NCBI GenBank assembly: GCA_964016885.1
Contig: OZ024745.1
Coordinates: forward strand, 27,156,001-27,220,000
Length of the DNA: 64,000 bases
Source of the DNA: Eledone cirrhosa
Taxonomy: Eukaryota
Direction of reading: 5' to 3'
Part shown: one piece after another, positions 38,167-52,300 of the stretch
Numbering within the stretch: position 1 is the stretch's first letter
Layout of the letters: each line of letters starts with the position of its first letter
The notes under the pieces: model-generated
Database searches by the model: none
What the model saw: only the letters and a program-made list of their open reading frames with translations
What the model was told of the DNA's origin: nothing
Translations under genes and position numbers: made by a program

Positions 38167-38720
38167 TTATTAGCAAGTGCCATGAGCACTGCTTTATATC
38201 CCTTCTTCCACAAAGCTTATATGATTTATCCTCCCCCATGCCCCACCTGTGCAAATTCGTTGGAGTCAGTGTTGTGCCATACACCACTCACAGCAGGAAG
38301 ATTCAAAAAGGTTTCACTCTCCATAAATTAAGGTCTCATTTGGTCCTGGCTTCCTGGGATATTAACTCAGCAGGCATATATTTCCATCTTCCCTCCCGGG
38401 TCATAGCTTACATCTTTCTGTCTTCCTTTCCTCAGCATTGGAAATGGGAAGTTCCAAGACCTGTTATCTATTGGCCTTGGACAGAAGAGAATGGCTATTC
38501 GTTTATGTCAACACTCAGAGTTTTCCAAAGAATGTTGTTGCTTTTGTTCATTACTAACCCTCTATAGAACGCTGAGGTGGAGTTTCCACTGATCGCAATG
38601 CCCGATTGGCAAAGGGCTGTGTGCACCTGAAGACATTCCAGTTTCCAAGAGCTGCCTTTCAGTCTCTGCTTGACCTAGGACTGCAGCTCCGTCAGAGACA
38701 ACCTGGGGGAAAATGTTCCT
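38167..38720 (-). mobile_element. HERO/NeSL-like RLE LINE fragment
   Basis: VYGTTLTPTNLHRWGMGEDKSYKLCG resembles the pre-CCHC region of HERO-type elements; degenerate. Confidence 0.55.
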
Positions 38721-39010
38721 AGCAAAAGGCGACCACATTGGTTCACTGTCAAGAAAAATCTGGAGATGTAGCCTCAGCGCAATATCTTATATCAGAGAAC
38801 TATATTTATTAGTTTTGTTTGTGAAAATATTTTTAAAAATATGAATTTAGATAAATTGTATTAGTTGAATTGTGTTTTAGACAAATTCGCCTAGAATCGT
38901 GACATATGGACGAAAAGGCTATATAGTTATTAGAATATAGATATTCGTTTATTTTGTAAATTATACTTTTTAAAATTGTTAATGTTTTAATTAAATGTTT
39001 CTATTTGATA

Positions 39011-39211
39011 TACAGGGTCGGCTGAAAAGTTTATAGGCTGACTATGAAAGTGTGATGCTAGAGCGGTGAAATCTTGCACGCATTAATTTCAACTCTTCTA
39101 ATTAATAACTACTTTATTTCTTTCTAGGGACTATGTTGAAAAATAAACTTTATTTGGTCATTCCATGGGAGTATCTTGGTCAGCCTATGAACTTTTCAGC
39201 CGACCCTTGTA
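39011..39211. mobile_element. Mariner-like MITE 80 bp upstream of the GH3 start codon
   Basis: Complete TIRs bounded by TA. Confidence 0.85.
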
Positions 39212-39291
39212 TTTTAAGAAGTCCAAATATGGGCAGATAACTCTATTTGGCTGAAAATAATAGAAGTAGCTTAGTAGCAAAAACATCAACA

Positions 39292-42200
39292 ATGTACACA
39301 CAGAATGTCATCATTGCCGTCTTCCTGCTACTTTTATCAGTATATAGTGGAAGATATCCAGTGTTAGCTGTAAATAATGGAATATATCCATTCCAAAATA
39401 CATCTCTGAGTTTTACTGAGCGTGTGGACGACTTAGTTGGCCGTTTAACGATAAATGAAACCATTTTACAACTTTCACGGGGCGGATCTGTATATCCTGG
39501 CCCAGCCATTCCCAGACTAGGAATAAAAGCTTACCAGTGGGACACAGAATGTCTCCGTGGTGATGCTAACGCTGGACCAGCTACTTCTTTCCCACAAGCT
39601 ATTGGACTGTCTGCAGCTTTCAAGTAAGTGATACTAATTTAGCCCTTAATTCTTCTGAAGTCTTTGTTATTTTTGTCTTCCTACAAATTTTGTGCGAGGA
39701 GCATATAGGCTATTATTATCGATATAAATAACCCCCCCTCCACATACACACACACATACACCTGCTATTTATTTTATCGATCCCGGAAGGATGGTCGATA
39801 TCGACAGAATTTGAGTTCCAATCATAAAGAAACGCCGTGAAATATTTTCCAATCAATTCTGATAATCCATCAGTACGAACCTGATATAATCAAGAATTAG
39901 AAAGATGTTTGTTTAAGTCGTATTTTGCCAATACATGATCAATAATAATCTACTTTTTTTGTATGAAGAGCTGTTGTTGTTGTAGTGTAGCTACAGAGCG
40001 GTCTTGATTAAGTAAACTCATGATAAAAGCATAAGGACTTCATTATCCTCCCATTTTAACACACTGGAGTGTGATTTGGAGGAGACTGGGATGGTATTTC
40101 TAGCGAACCGAATTACCACGTAGATAACTTCCTTTAGCTGTAATATGAGAAACTAGATTTTAGGAGGAATTAATTTTTTTCCTTTCATTTATTTAATTTA
40201 ACAAATATATAAGATTAAATAGAAGTACATACATATAGAACACAACTCGATTTCAGTGTGGAAAAAAATGTTCCTTGTTTTATTTTTTTATTTTCGTTTG
40301 CTATCAACTAATCTAACCTTGAAGATGTTGGCAGTCGACTTTTTTTTTTATCGGAGAACGGAAGGGGAGGGGTCTCCTCCTCCTGCCCCCCCCTCTCCTT
40401 GGAGTTTTATATACGATATTTTTTTCGTGTGTTATCAACGAATAGGACCCCTCAAAACAGTCGGAAACAACTAGATTTGTAGAAAAGGGTGGGGGTAAAA
40501 GGGTGCGAAAAGACTATTGGAGTCTCACAGATCTACACCTCACGTTTGGTGGGAAATAATTATCTTTCTTTTATTTCCCGGACCTTTTAGATGCTTGCAA
40601 TCGACTTTTTTTTCCAGGAAAACGGAAATCCTAAACCTAACTCTGGGGTAAAAAAATCTATTGCAAGCGTCTAAGAGGATAAGAAAAAAATCGAGGAAAG
40701 ATGATTATTTCCCACCAAACACGAGAGATATGTATATCTGCGAAACTTTGATGGTCTTTTCGCCCCCTTCACTCCTCTTTTTCTACAAATCTAGTCGTTT
40801 CTGACTGGATTAGGGGTCCTATTCGTTGATAGCATGCGAAAAAAAAAAAATGTAGGGAAAACTCCGAAGGGAGAAGACCCCCTCCCCGTTCTCCGGAGTA
40901 TAGCAAACAAATTAAAAAAAGAAAACCGAGGAAAAAAATGTTTTTTCCGCTGAAATCTAATGCGGTGTTCTACTGTAATAATTGTTTCTACGTTTTGCGC
41001 AAGGCCAGCAATTATCCCAGTGCATTACACCCAAGACTAGCAGACTAGCTCTACAACGTGCATTCCTCTTTCCCAGTTATGTGTCCCATTCTCCCAAGTA
41101 AACAAAGGGTTCTTAAATAAAATTATGATAGAAGGTATCATTTAAATTGGAACCATTTAATATCGATGGTTTTATTTCATAGACTCAAGGACTGTTTGGG
41201 GGAGGTTTAGTATCAAAAGGGTTAAGACAATTTATTTATTTATTGGGCTTCTGTCATTAATTACCTTTCACATTGTTATTGCAGCACTGATTTGATCTAC
41301 GATGTTGCTGAAGCTATTGGTAGTGAAGTACATGCCAAACATACTGACTTCATGAAGAGACATCAGATGGGTACCCATACAGGGATGAGTTGCTTTAGTC
41401 CAGTTATTAATATTGTCAGACACCCTTTGTGGGGAAGAACACAAGTAAAAATATTTTTTAACACCAAATAATTTTTTTTTTTAGAAACTTAGCATTTATT
41501 TATTAAATTGTTTTGCTTACTTTCGGTTGATTGCAATTTTTCTCACATCCTCTACCCAGAACTTCTTTGGCCTCCCTCTATTGCAAGGGTCACAAACCTG
41601 CAGCCCAGCTGCTGAATACAGCCCACATACTACTTTTCTATGGCCCCACAGCAGAAGAATTTTTGTGACTAATATTTTATTAAAACTTTGAAATTTGTCA
41701 CTTTTAAAATAAAATTTATTGCAATTTTCCTATGAAATACAATAAAATGGAAAAATGGAATTTATCAAAAGTAAAAATGGAATTAAGGAAAATTTGAAAT
41801 GGAAAATTTGTCCCTCTCCATTTGTACTATGTGAAGGTGTATGTCCTAGTGGTAACGGTGTTGGACTTATGATCCTAATGTGGTGTGTTTGATTCCTGGG
41901 CTGGTTTGCATGTTGTGTTCTTGAGCAAAACACTTCATTTCACGTTGCTCCAATATACTCTTCTGAAAAAAAAAAAAATGAGTACCAGCAATAACTGGAG
42001 GTTTAACCCTGTGATGGACAGGCGTCCTGTCCAGAGGGGAGTCTTGTACTCTGTCACTTCACGTGATGGAAACCGAGATAAGTACTGGTCTGATGAGCCA
42101 CTGAGCTCAAGACAGACTTTAGACTTTTTTAGAGACATTTTGTACTAATTCACATATACTACTATCACATGTGTATTCATTTTGATGGAATAAAATAAAA

Positions 42201-45200
42201 TAAAATGAATAGCAGCCTATCATCTCTATTGCAGATTGGCATTATAACCGGTGGAAATCATGCCTCTCCCCTACCTCATCTCACTGTGTCTCTTTCTAGG
42301 GACATAATGACCCTTTGAGACCTTTCCCTCTACTGTAGGTTTAGCCCTTTCATTTCAACATATTACCTGGTATTTATATTTCATGTTTGCTCACATTTGT
42401 ATTTCAAAAATGTTTGTTGTTGTTTACAGGAAACCTATGGTGAGGACCCATATTTGACTAGTAGCTATGCCAGCAGTTATGTACAAGGTCTCCAAGGCAA
42501 ACATCCACGTTACATCAGAGCCAGTTCGGGTTGTAAACATTTTGCTGCTTATTCTGGGCCGGAAAATATTCCCGTTTCTCGACTTGGATTTGATGCAAAA
42601 GTAAATATTTTATTATCTATATATTTTTTCATTTATTAAACACTAAATTATGAAGCACAGATGAATTGAGAGAATGTCTTTGACATAAGAGGGACCAGAT
42701 GTTATGTGCAAGAGGGAAGATTATGCTGGTATGGACATGTAATACATATGGCTGAAGAATTGTTAATCTTCAGTTGTTGTTCAATCATTATCATGGTCTT
42801 TATTCTGGCTCTTTATGTTCTGAGTTCAAATTCATTGAAGGTTAACTTTACCTTTCATTTTTCTGTGGTCAAAATAACAGTACCAGTCAGATACTGGGAT
42901 CAAAATAATTGATTAAGCCTTCACCCACCCCAAATTTCTGAACTGGTAGGTGCTTTTATTTGAAACAATTATTATAAAAATGGTTTCTGATTCAGACACA
43001 AGGCCAACAATTTATGTGGAGATAAAGTTGATTAAATCAACCCCAGTGCATTACTGGTGCTTTATTTTATCGATCTCATAAGAATGAAAGGCAAAGCTAA
43101 CCTCGGCAGGATTTGAACTCAGAACATAAAGGGCCATAGCTCTATGCCATAAAGCATGTTGTCTGACACTCTACTGACACTGCCATTATTTATAATAATT
43201 TTTCCTACTTTAGGCACAAGGCCAGCAATTTGAAGGGGTGGTGAAAGTCGATTAACTCAACCCCAGCGTGTTACTGGTACTTTATTTTATCGACCCCGTA
43301 AGAATGAAAGACAAAGCTAACCTCAGCGGGATTTGCTTTGCCTTTCATCCTTATGGGGTCGATAAAATTATTATAATAATAAACTTTATTTCTATTTCTA
43401 GGTACCAGAGCGAGATCTTCGACTTACTTATCTTCCTGCTTTCAAGAAATGTGTTGAAGCTGGAACATATAACATAATGTGTAGTTACAACAGGTGAGTG
43501 TCCTCTTACTTAGAACATAATGTTGTCATTGTTGTTATTGGTGGCAGTAATGGGGGTATTGTTGCTGCTGGTATTGGTGGTGGTGCTGCTGATGTTGTTG
43601 GTGGTAACAGTGATGGGGGTGGGGGTGGGGGGGGGCAGTGGTAGTGGTGATGTTGTTGGTGGTAACAGTGATGGTAGTGGTAGTGGTGATGTTGTTGGTG
43701 GTGATGGTGGTAGCAGTGATGGCAGTCTTAGTGGTGGTGGTGGTGCTGCTGCTGTTGTTTAGCCCTAGGTCAGCCTTAATTAACTACAGTATATAACACT
43801 ATGTACTGTAGTGAAACAATATTTCTTTAAATTATTTCTATCTCTTTGAGAATAATGTCTTAAATCCTGGAAAACTGTATATCTGGTATTGAAATGATGT
43901 ATTAACTATTTAAGTGGGGAGGTGCGTGGCCTAGTGGTAAAGGTGTTGGACTTACGATAATAATTTTATGGGTTCGATTCCTGGACTGGGTTCTTAAACA
44001 AAACACTTCATTTCACGTTGCTCCAGTATACTCAGCTAAAAAGGAGTACCAGCAGTAGTTTCACTGGGGGGTTTAACCCTGCGATGGACTGGTGTCCTGT
44101 CCAGGTGGGTAATCTTGGGCTCTCAGTCACTTCACACCACAGAAACTGAGTTAAGCACCAGCCTGATGAGCCTCCAGGCTTGAGACAGACTTTACACTGT
44201 TGTGAAACAATGTTTCTTTAAATTATTTCTATCACTTTGAGAATTACATATCTTTAACCCTTTAGCATTTAAACCGGCCATGTCCGGTCAGAATTCTCTC
44301 ACCTCTTTCTGTTCAAACTGGTCATAACTGGCTGCTCATACTGATGTTAAGGTATTGTTCTTAAAATAAATAATATCAAAATCTCATAGATTCGATATTA
44401 TGTGAGATAATTATGTGAAATAATGTAAATGCTAATGGGTCCAGTATTGAAATGATGTTGTATTAACTATCTAAACAAACCTCTCTCTATTTGCCTTCTA
44501 ATCTACTTTGTTCTGTTGTAGTGTCAATGGTGTCCCCGCATGTGCTCACAAAAGATTGTTGACTGATATCTTACGAAAAGAATGGGGCTTCAAGGGATAT
44601 GTAATTAGTGATGAAGGTGCTATTGAATATATGTTGATATGGCACTTGTATAAAACAACCCCTTCAGAGATTGCTGCTGCTAGTATTAATGCTGGTTGTA
44701 ACCTCGAGTTATCTCCAGCTTTAAAACAACCATTTTATTATTATCTCGGTAAGGAATTTTCTATAATTGTTTCAACTTGCTTACTATTAAGTTGGTGTTT
44801 GGAACATAACTTAAAGATTATTACATAAAATTATGATGGAAAGGTTTTTAGATAAATATAAACACTTTAAAATTAACAACTTTGTAAATTTGAAAATATG
44901 TATGCTTTATGAAAAGCCACTACAACACAGATGATCTACAAATAATAGTTGAATAAATCAGAAAAGAATTGTAGGAATTGAATCAAACACAATGTTGTTT
45001 ATACTTCTAGCTAAGAATTGACAAGAAGTGGCCAGAGACACTTTGTATATGGTAGATGTGTGGTTCAGTTTTCACACATTTTTTCAATCTCCAGGGAAAT
45101 TTTACTTGACTTATTTAAATATTATTTGTAGTTCCTCTGTATTGCGACAGCTTTTCAAATTTGCCATATATTTCATAAATTGTAAACAACATTGTAAACA

Positions 45201-48200
45201 ACTTTGTATTATAGAATCAGGAGCCGTTTCAGGCATTTCTCTATAGATTATTGCTCATGTTTTAATACTTTGTAAATCTGTGTTTTTCTAAATTATTTTT
45301 TGTATTTTGTTGTTGTCGTTATCATCACCATTATCATAATCATCAACACTACCACCATCTTCAACACCACCACCACTATCATCAACACCACCACCATCAT
45401 CACCATCACCATCATCACCACCACCATCATCATCACCACCACCACCATCATCATCACCATCATCACCACCACCATCATCATCACCATCATCACCACCACC
45501 ATCATCATCATCATATCCGTTTTCCACACTGCCATAGATTAGGCAGGTTGTCACTTGTATATCTCTCAGTCCTACCAGGATCAACAATATCTAATCTGCT
45601 TCTTTGGCCAATAAATGAAACCATTATTATTTTAACAAGGGCAGTGGATTGGCAGTATCGGTAGAGGGTCGGACGCCATGCTTTCCAGCATAGTTACGTC
45701 CCTTTACGATCTGAGTTCAAATCCCACCGAGGTTGACTTTGCCTTTCATCCTTACGGGGTCGATAAAATAAAGTACCAGTAATGTACTGGGTAATTGCTG
45801 GCCTTGTGCCTAAAGTAGAAACAATTATTATTTTAACATTTCATTTGATAACATTTTTTTTAAAGTATGAAATTTATGCGAATTATTGTAACAAATAAAG
45901 TAACATTCCCCTCTTTTCACAAAATTACTGGCTTTTTGGTTAAATTTGGAGCCATTTTATTTTCAATTTTCAGCTGAAGCTCTTAATCAAGGTTTGGTTA
46001 CCAAGGAAACCCTCATTGAGAGAGTCAAACCTCTGTTTTACACTCGAATGAAGCTAGGAGAATTTGATCCTCCATCAATGAACCCATATTCCAGTCTAAA
46101 TCTTTCCCTTATCCAAAGCCCACAACACCGTCACCTGTCATTGAAAGCTGCAATGCAAAGTTTTGTACTTTTGAAAAATCCCCACAACATATTACCTCTC
46201 TGGAAAAAGTTCAACATAATTTCAGTTGAGTATAGTAAAACTTTTTAGATTTTATTCTAGTTTTTCTAGTTTTCTTTAATTTTTTTTTTTATTTCAAACT
46301 TTTTGCCTGATTTTCGAAGCTATTATTTATAGCAATCAACTGTTGTTACAGTTATTTTCTGCATTTGGGATTCCCACATTTTCTAAGAATTTTAAAAGTA
46401 CCCAATGCTCTGATAGTATATTTTGAAGCGTTTTAAGGTATATTCTCTGCTAAAGCAGGAGTTAACCTTGAAGGCCTCAATCAATATGGGGTCCTTTTTG
46501 AAGCAATGTCTTATGGCTGGATGTCCTTCCTGATGCCAAACCTTTTAATTGCCTTTTATGACACACAGTGATATTGTGTACCTACTCTAAACTGAATATA
46601 GAGCGTGATATTAAATAAAAATAGATAAATATATATATTTTATTAATAGGGTGTAGTATTTTGCTTGAAGCATTGTAACGTATGAAAGTGGGAATGTTTA
46701 AGAAGCTGTATAATGTGGATTATAGAACTATCAAAGCATCAAGACAGAAGGGAATTGAAGGAGGTGGGGTGGAAGGTAAAACGTGGGAGGAGGAAAATAA
46801 AAGGAAAAAAATGACCGAATGTTTCCTTAGTAATTTATTAGGCCCCAAATATTTCGGATTTACCATGGTTGCTGCTTTTTCTACCTCTCCTCTCTCAATT
46901 CCCTACTGACTTGTTACCCTGCTAATTTTATAAGCCACTTGCATTGTACGGATTCTTAACCCTTTAATGTTCAAACCGGCCAAAACTGGCCAGAATTCTC
47001 TACCACTTTCTGTTGAAACTGGCTGTAACTGGTTGCTCAAACTGATGTTAAGGTATTGTTCTCAAAATAAATACTTTCAAAATCTCATAAATTCGATATT
47101 ATATGAGATAATTAAGTGAGGTAAAGCCTTTACCATGAAAATATAATAGTATTTATAAAATAATGTGAATGCTAAAGGGTTAAAAATACCCACTTTTCAC
47201 TTTTATATATATATTTTTTTTGTTAAATGTTGCCTTCATAGAAAGCTAATTCCTATAACTGTTCTAAAGTTGTTATATTTATTGTAAAATATTTCCAGGT
47301 TGTTGGTCCAATGGCTAACAATACACCTCAGTTGTTTGGTGATTATAGCCCAACTATTGACCCAAAATATACAACCACACCACTTCAAGGTTTAAAAGTT
47401 TTAGCTGATTCTGTTAAATATGGAGCTGGTTGTACAGATAATAAATGCACCTCCTACAATGCCTCTGAAATTGAACACGTGATCACATCTTCACAACTGG
47501 TTATTGTTTGTCTTGGCACAGGTCAGTATCATTTCAATTCTGTTGCCCTTATTTTTTTAAATAATATTTTTCACCTATTTCCTCCAGATTGATGTAAGTT
47601 AACTATTTTGTTACTAGATTTCTAATGAAACACACTACCTGTGATTTTCAATTAATTTTGAAAATAAAGAATTTGGAAGGGTTTAGGAATATAAGCTGGT
47701 GTTTGTAATACAGCTTAACACATGTTCTTTTATTATAAGATTATGGTGAAAATGTTTTAGATAACAAACAGGCTTTGTAATAATAGGGTGGTTTCAGGCA
47801 GTTTGGTACTGGAAGAGTTAAATCATAATTCTGTAAGTATTTTCTCTGTATATATTATTTACATTTATTATTTAATGATTATATAGACGAGATTAATTTT
47901 GCTAATTTAGTTATTTAGATACTGTTACAACAGCATTTGGTTTTTTACTCATTCTACTCTGAGAAACTGGACATAAGACTTAGGCTGCCATGACCAAATC
48001 ATATCACAGATACACACACATCTACTTGCTTCACCACTCAACTATGAATTGAGAATAGCAATTAATTTTTACAGGATAGATTGAAACAAAGAGAGGAATG
48101 TACTTTGCTTCATTGAACTTTGGATATGTTGAGATCATTAAATGTGGTTTGAACATGGCAGGCTTCTCATTGTGTAGCTGGAACTGACAAAGTGAGACCA

Positions 48201-49298
48201 AGGAAATGACAAAAGGCCAGAAAATATAATCTTCCTGTTCCTATTTGATAAGCTCCTTATCTGGGATGTGACCTTTAGTAATATTATCCAGTTGCAACCT
48301 AGTGATATTAGCTTCAAACCCAGACTCCATTGCCTTACAGGATGAAGATTACAAACTGACAAAGTACTAAACATTCTTTAATAGGTTTTTTGTCAAACCC
48401 ATGGTGGTGTAAACATCTGACATCCTGGTTCCCTGAATTACCTCCCTACTTACTAAGATTGAGAAGATGTCCATCCACAAGAATTAGCTCTGTGAGGTAA
48501 ACTGGCTATTTCTACATATCCCCATGGCCATCCTCTGCAGTAATGCATTCGTTATCCCATTTGTGTGGACCATGAAACAACAACAAACTTAAACATGTTG
48601 TTATTTCAAACTAGATTTTAAATGTTTGCTACATTAAATATCAACCCTTAAAATAGTACAACACTTTTACCTCACTTCTTAATATTTGTCTTAGAGAGTT
48701 TAATTCCTGTTTTAGGTAGGGAAATTGAACGAGAAGGTTGTGACCGTAAAAACCTTGATCTACCTGGAAAACAGTTGCAGTTGCTTCAAGACACTGTAAA
48801 ATTTGGTAAGTTTCAATAGAAGAGTATTTTCATCATCATTATTATCATTGTTTTACATTTCTATTTTCAATACTGGCATGGGCCGGATGAATCATTATGG
48901 TTCACGTTAGCTCTTATTCAGAGTTATTGCCCTCTTTGGCATATCAAAAGACCACGTCTCAATTTTTAGCATGGCTTTTGTACTAGGGCTCTTCCTAACA
49001 CTAACCACTTTACAGGATATACTTTACATTTTATTGAGGCATCAGCATTAAAAAGGTTGTCTTATCATTGACAAGACTAAAGAGTCCTCTCTTCTCTACA
49101 TTGTCTCTTTTCCATCACCAAAAAGTTTGCAAAATATACTGAATACATTTTCTCCTAACACCAACACTAGAGAGGCAGCTATGTTCCATGCAAGATTAAA
49201 TAGTCTTCTCTATTGTATGTAGTCTCCATTCTTTCATGACAAATGTAACATTTCCTTTCAACTAATATTTTCATATATAGCTATGTTGGAGCGAACAC

Positions 49299-49336
<38 letters not shown>

Positions 49337-52300
49337 GTATGTAAAAGGTAAACAGAAATAACAACACAATCAGTACAGTATATGGAAGGGATATATTAGG
49401 TTAACGCTTGATATAGCAGGAAGAGGGTCTTAACGTTTCGGACGCTAGTCCTTCATCAGAAGAAAGAATGAGAAATAAGATAGATTGAGGGGACGGCTGA
49501 GTTGGAATAGGAAAAAATGTCTTTAGATAAAAATAACAGGTCCATTCATGTTGACATCTCTTATATATATACACAATTGGTTTTCGTATAGTATCTATCT
49601 ACTAAATTCACTCACAAGGCAATGGGTGGCTTGAGGCTATAGTAGAAGATATTTGTTCAAGGTGCCCTTGATTAAGACAAAACCTGTGATCACATGGTCT
49701 GGAAGCAAATTTCTTAACCACACAGCCATATTTGCACTTCCTAGTAATGTCTGTGCTAAATATATTTTTTCAAATGTATGGTCGATACCAAAATCAGTAT
49801 TTTTTTAAATTTTCTGCAAACATTTTAGATTTTTCATGTAATATTTTAAATTAAATGTTGTTCTTCCTACTTCTCTGTTTCATTTCTATTTTGAAAAAGC
49901 TAAAGGCATTCCAGTTGTAGTGTTGTTATTCAGTGCTGGTCCTCTAGATGTTGCTTGGGCTCATAAAAGTCCTTTTGTATCAGCAATGATTCAGTGTTTC
50001 TTTCCTGCACAAGCATCTGGGAAAGCCATTTACAACATTCTCACTCATACTGGACCAGATTCAAATCCAGCAGGCCGTTTATCAATCACCTGGCCAGCAT
50101 CCATGAATCAGGTAAGTATTTTATTATGTCTTCTCTACCAAGGGCAGTGGATTGGCAGTATAGGGAGGGCTTTGGACAAAATGCTTTGCTTTGTGATATT
50201 TAGTTATGGCCGTTTATGTTCTGAGTTCAAATCCTGCTGACATCAGTTTTCTCTGTCATCCTTCTAAGGTCAATAAATTAAAGTACCAGTCTAATACTGC
50301 CATCAATTTAATCAACTTCCTCCTTGCTCCAATTGCTGGCCTTGTGCTTAAATTAAAAGTCATTATAACTTCTGTGTTATAACAACCACAGAGTTGCTGG
50401 TTCTTAGTTCCATTATTCTTGAAAAGTGCAAACAGTGAATTAACAAAGACATTAGAACATAGGACAAATCACCTTATGATATTTGTTCCAGCTCTCTGCA
50501 CTTTGAATTCAAATCCCACTGAAGTCAGCTTTGCCTTTCATCATTTTGGGGTGGATAAAATAAAGCACCAGTCCAATGCAGTGGATTGGTGGAATTGTTA
50601 AAACACTGTAAAGTGATTGTGTTGGTGTCATGACAAAAAGTGCCCAGCCCACATTGAAAAGTGTTTGTTTCAGTGCCATGATAAAAAGCACCCAGTACAC
50701 ACTGTAAATGTGGTTGGTGTTAGGAAGGGCATCCAGCTGTAGAAACCAGGCCAGAAACAGCTCTGCATGAGCAAGACATAGTCACCTGACTTGTCTTAAA
50801 TGAGACAACTCGTCCAACCCATTCTAGCATGGAAAAATGGAAGTTAAACAGTAATCTCAGTCCTCTCAACCCTTTGTTTGGCAAGTTTTCTATGGCTAAA
50901 TGCTCTAATGCCCTTCCTACCACCAAGTATTTTACACAGTATACTGGGTGATTGTTTATCATGTAGATCACCAACATTAAAGAAGTTGTCATGTCTATGG
51001 TACAATTGTAGATCCTTTCAATCTTTTGTTTAGCTGGATGCTCTGATGCCCTTTCTATCACCAATTACTTTACCGAGTGTACTTGTTGTGTATCATTAAT
51101 CCCCCTCAAAAGTAAGAAATCTGTATCTTTTCTGTTGCAGGTTCCTGCAATGGTTAATTATTCCATGGATGGTAGAACATACCGTTATTTCAAAGGACAA
51201 CCATTATATCCATTTGGATATGGACTTTCCTACTCTCAGTTCTTTTACTCCCAACTAAATGTTCCAGTCAATGTTATCATTGGTAATCCTATCCATTTAT
51301 CTGTCACCGTAGACAACAAAGGACCCTATGATGGAGATGAGGTGAGTGAATTATTATTTTCTCGCAATTTATTTGTAAAATAACTTGTATATATGACTGA
51401 GTTGTATATTGACTTGTACATAAAACTGAGTTAAGTATTAACTTGTATATAAAACTGAATTATATATTAACTTGTATATATGACTAAGTTAAATTTCTTC
51501 TTAAGTCTAGGAAAGTCAGAGCTTACTTTGGTTTCATTGGTATTATAGCGAGATACTGGGTTGTATGAAAACTATATGTGAAGGCATATGGCCTAGTAGT
51601 AGCTGAAACAAAACATGGGTAGCAATGGAATTCTAGAGGGTTTGAGGAAGGAAGGACTAGGAGTAGTAGACAGTACTGGGCCTGTGAGTAGTGGACACAA
51701 CATGGGTGACATAAGCCTTCCAGCACTAAGGGGCTTGTTTCAGGGGGGGTACCAGGGGACAAGTCCCCCCTTCCACTTTTTCAAACGTCTATGTTTTATT
51801 TTTTGTTTATTTGATATAATAAATTCTTTTTAAGCTTATTTTTTTATATCTGAACTTCATTTGAATATATAAAATTTAATTAGCGTAAAATTTTACTTAT
51901 GTGATAGGGTCTGGGAAAGGCACCATAAGCAATTTATGCTCCTTTAAGAATCAACAAATGTTGGTTTGTCCTCACATTTTTAAGGCAAACGAGGCCCCTG
52001 CTTCTAGTGCTAAGGTGCTTTGAGGGGCTTAAGCTCTTCCAATAAAGTGGAAACTTGTTGAATAATCTAAAGTTTTGTTAGTTAAAAAATTATGTATTGT
52101 CTGTTCAAATAAATGACGAACACAAATAAACAATAGAAAGCTAGCTATTGTTACACCATTAAAGTCTCATATTGGTGATAAAAAGGTGAGCTAATAATAA
52201 TAATACACATGTACAGTAGATATATTTAAGCCCCTCCAATTCCAAGCCTGTAATGGAAGCTCTGTGACATGAGAAAGAAAGAGAGACGAGTGCGTTAAAA

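Noticed and set aside
42085-42120. CTGATGAGCC in the V-like SINE tail as a hammerhead (also 44163 and 53943)
   Set aside because: No GAAA or stem III/UH downstream in any of the three copies.
45288-45587. Asp/Gly-rich, Met/Val-rich or Thr/Ile-rich ORFs (also 43520-43762)
   Set aside because: Trinucleotide microsatellites inside GH3 introns, open in several frames by composition.
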